A stretch of 64,000 bases of DNA. Source: Lama glama. Lineage: Eukaryota. This document shows, piece by piece, positions 60,770-64,000 of this stretch (the first letter of the stretch is position 1; each line of letters begins with the position of its first letter). Where the stretch lies: the NCBI GenBank assembly GCA_028534125.1, contig CM052817.1:47494001-47558000 (forward strand). Reading direction: 5' to 3'. Both the position numbers and the translations under genes were made by a program. Below the pieces are notes generated by a model, which ran no database searches, had not been told where the DNA came from, and saw only the letters and a list, made by a program, of their open reading frames with translations.

Positions 60770-63600
60770 ATTCTTTGGGCAATTTTGTCATATGTTTTAT
60801 TACATATACATTATAAACCAAATAATTTAGTATTATGATTTTTGATTTTAGTAATCAGTTATCTTTAAAGAAAAGAAAAAATAGGTTTTTATATTTACTC
60901 ACATGTTTACCATCTCTGATGCTCTTCATTTTTCCCTGTAAATCTGATTTTCTCTTTAGTATCATTACCTTCAATATAAAGAACTTCCTTTAGCGTTTCC
61001 TGTGGTTTGGGTGTGTGTGCCAGCAAATTATTCTCTCAGCTGTCAATTCTCTGAAAATACCTTTATTTCATCCTCATTCTTAAAAGATATCTTCCCTAGA
61101 TATAAAATTTGGGGTGGCTAGTTTGGCTTATTTTTCTTTCAGCACTTTAAGGATTTTTTTCTGTTGTTGTAGGGAGTTCTAGGAATTCGGGAGCTGAGCT
61201 AGGAAATAGATATGACCATGAGATGGCAGTTGCACCCACACATATTATCCGGGTGACCTTAGCAGGTTGCCTGCAGGGCCACCGTCAGAAAGGAGACAAG
61301 GGCGAGGGAACTCCGGTTGGTAAGAGAGGGACTCGAGAAGGGGTTTTGTATCTGGACGACGTCACTCAGCAGCACAGCGAGGAGACCCTGGGTCTGAGAG
61401 TCCCAAAAGGCAGCAGCAGCCACTTGGGGTCCTGAGAGCCACAAAGTCTTCTTTATAATTAGCAGATTTGGGGTGCAGTTTCTTAAGGATGTGCAAAGCA
61501 AGCAGACCCTAGATGGCTAGAAATCTACTTGTTTGGGTTACATTGAAAACAACTGGATGTGTGAAAATTTGAGTTTGGTGTCTGAGAGCTTTTGAGCTAA
61601 TGGGTCTCAGCCTGCTGTGAATAAATAAATAGGGGCCAATGTACAGGAGCCATTTTTGACTCATTTATATAACATTTGTCTTCTAGAATCCATTATTCCT
61701 GGTAAGAAGCCCTCCTCCTTTAGATTGCTGCTGGGCACATAATGTGTCAGTTTTCTCTGCCTGCTTTTTTACAATTTTCTCCTTATCTTTTGATTTTGTT
61801 TTGGTTTGTTTGTTTCATAGTCTGTGACATGCTTGGTTTGCGTTGGTCTTTGTATGTATCCTGCTTGGGGTTCACCAAGCATCTTGGCTCTGTAGTTTGA
61901 TATTTTTCACCAAATTGAGGTAAATTTTCCATTATGTCTTCAGATTTGTTTTATTTTTTCCCCCATCTCTCCTCTCTTCCTAGGACTCGTTTACATGTAT
62001 GTTAAACTTGTGGACATTGTTGCACAAACCTCAGACTTTGTTCATCCTTTTATCATCTTTTTCTTTTCTCTGTTCTTCAGACTGGATGATTTCTGTTACG
62101 CTGTGTTCAGGTTCGCTGACTGTCATCTATAAGTCTCCAGTCTGTCACTGAGCCCACCAAGTCATGCTTTCATATTGGATGGTGCACTTTTGTCGTCTAG
62201 AATTTCCACTTGGTTCTTTTTTGTAATTCCAATTCACTGCTGATATATCCATGTATTTTCACTCATTATGTCCAGCTTTCCCTCTGAGCCCTGGGTCTTC
62301 ATGTTGTCTGTGTCTATGGGCTGCTTTTTTTTCCCTCTTGTTTATGGTTCACATTTTCCTTCCTCTTACACTGTTGTTATTGCACACTGAACATTATGGA
62401 TGATAAGTTATAGGGTATTTGGTTTATGCCTTCCTTAAAAGCATTAGGTTTTATTCTGGCTGGCAGTTAAGTTATTGTCAGCTCCTCATGACCCTTTGAG
62501 GCATAGTTTATTCTTTCTTAGGACTGGTTTCTTTCGGTTTTGTCCTTTTTCTTAATGCATGGCCTTTCTGGTGCCTCAAGTGAATCCCTGACGTGTGAGG
62601 GAGGCCGTAAGAAGACTTAGTCCCTCGGCCCTGCCTGTCTTCATGTATCTCCGTCCTGCTCCCAGCCCTGCAGTGGCCACTCATTGGTAGATGGTGTGGT
62701 GTCTTGGCCTGGGCTTGCACAGACCAGCCCTCAGTCTAAGACCCATGCAGCTTTCTGGGCCACCCTCTGTGAAGCCCCCTTCTGTTTTCAGTGCCCTGCC
62801 CTGGAAGTTCCAAATCCTGCCCTCCTCCACCTCAGCTCAGTGGGGCTAATGTCTTGGTTTGGGCTCCTGCTCCCTGAGCCAGGGTCCAGACCTCACCCTG
62901 TCAGGAAGCCAAGACCTGGCATGTTTGTCTTCTCTGAGGGACCATTGTCCTTTGCCATGTTATCCATTGTAAGAAAAAGAAAATTCCTTCAAACATTCTA
63001 TCCAGTTTTATTATTTTTAATATCAGAAAGTCACTTCTATTACTTCCTCATGGATGAAAGCAGAAGATATCAACTTGATTTGAAAAATATTGTTAGATTC
63101 AGTATATCAATATCATTGGATTGTCTATACAAATATTATATTAATATAAAATCAAATCATCCCACTCAATTCCAAGTCTTTTTTTCCCTTTGAAAATTGC
63201 TTGTCTCTGGTAAAGTGTCTGTTCAAATCTTTTGCCTATTGTTAAAGTTGGTTGCTTTTTCTTTTGAGTTTTCAGAGTTCTTTATATACACTCGGTATAA
63301 GTCCTCTGTGAAATGTGATCTTCAAGTATTTTCTTCTAGGCTGTAGTTTCTTTTCCTTCTCCTAGTGGTGTCTTTCACAGAAAAAATATTTTAACTTTAT
63401 TGAGGTCTCACTTATCAATTTTTTCCTTTCACGGATCAAGATTTTGGTATTATATAAGACTTTTTTTTGCCTAATCCAGGGTCAAAATATTTTCTTCTTT
63501 TATTTTTTTGGTAAGTTTCATAGTTTTACAGTTTATTTTCACCATTTTAAGTTTAAGAACCACTTTAAGTTAATTTTTATATATATTTGTATGCATTAAG
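60770..63600 (-). mobile_element. Old L1M fragments (5'/ORF1-side and ORF2-side), interrupted by an LTR
   Basis: ctgaaaatacctttatttcatcctcattcttaaaagatat..tttctttcagcactttaag; cctgcttggggttcac; tgtctgttcaaatcttttgcc..agagttctttatata. Confidence 0.75.
61165..61674. mobile_element. Solo LTR, 510 bp (5-bp TSD, ERVL-like class)
   Basis: Inverted termini TGTTGTA / TATAACA; TSD tctgt (61160-61164) / tttgt (61675-61679); host L1 resumes after it. Confidence 0.75.
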
Positions 63601-63624
63601 TTCTTAGTTTTGCCTGTGGTTGTT

Positions 63625-64000
63625 TATATGATATATTGCTGCATAACAGATTACCTCAAACTTGGTGGCTGAATGCAAGCAACATTATAATCTCATCGGT
63701 CCTCTGAGTCAGGTGTCTGGGAGTAGCTGGAATGGCCAGTTCTGGCTCAGGGCATCTCATGGGGTTGCTCTCTGCTGTGGTGCAGTCCCCTCAGGGCTCC
63801 ACTGAGGAAAAACTGCTCATTTCCTAGCTCAGTCTCATGGCAGCTGAAAGGCCTTAGAAGATGGCTCCCAGGTGTCTCCAGGTGGTGGCTGGCAGGCCTC
63901 TGTTCCCTACTACAGTGGCCTCGCCATAGGCTGATTCAGTGTCCTTATTGGCACATGAAAACTGGCCTCCCAGAGTGAGTGATTCAAGGGACTGAGAAAG
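63625..64000. mobile_element. MaLR MLT1 (F/G/H-like) LTR, runs off window
   Basis: attgctgcataacagattacctcaaacttggtggct..ttctggctcagggcatctcatggggttgc. Confidence 0.8.

Noticed and set aside
62684..63193. 169-aa ORF
   Set aside because: Within decayed L1 sequence; no splice or homology support; not ADAMTS-like.

Overview
Mammalian genomic DNA, most likely from a camelid. The basis is two tRNA-Ala-like SINEs resembling the camelid Vic-1 family, with no ruminant, pig, carnivore or primate SINEs recognised. The window lies inside ADAMTS3 on the + strand. I traced 13 consecutive coding exons by hand (14369-60631; probably exons 5-17 by human numbering; 1763 nt). All have GT-AG boundaries and splice into one open frame. 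They encode the end of the prodomain with the furin site RRRR, the metalloprotease domain (HETGHVLGMEH and Met-turn), the disintegrin-like domain, TSR1, the Cys-rich domain and part of the spacer. The rest is intron rich in transposons (L1, L2, MIR, MaLR/ERV LTRs, hAT MITEs), with one 100-N assembly gap. No convincing new gene or novel biological system is evident. The most interesting observations are: a nested three-element L1 cluster with TSDs and apparent 3' transductions; an antisense L1 5' UTR carrying splice donors that point at exon 6; a young L1 fragment next to exon 11 with a near-identical inverted partner in intron 5, bracketing an in-frame 738-nt exon block; an apparent extra Cys in the catalytic domain; and a distant-branch-point acceptor at exon 16. 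Repeat family names come from recalled consensus sequences, not a database search, and boundaries without TSDs are approximate.
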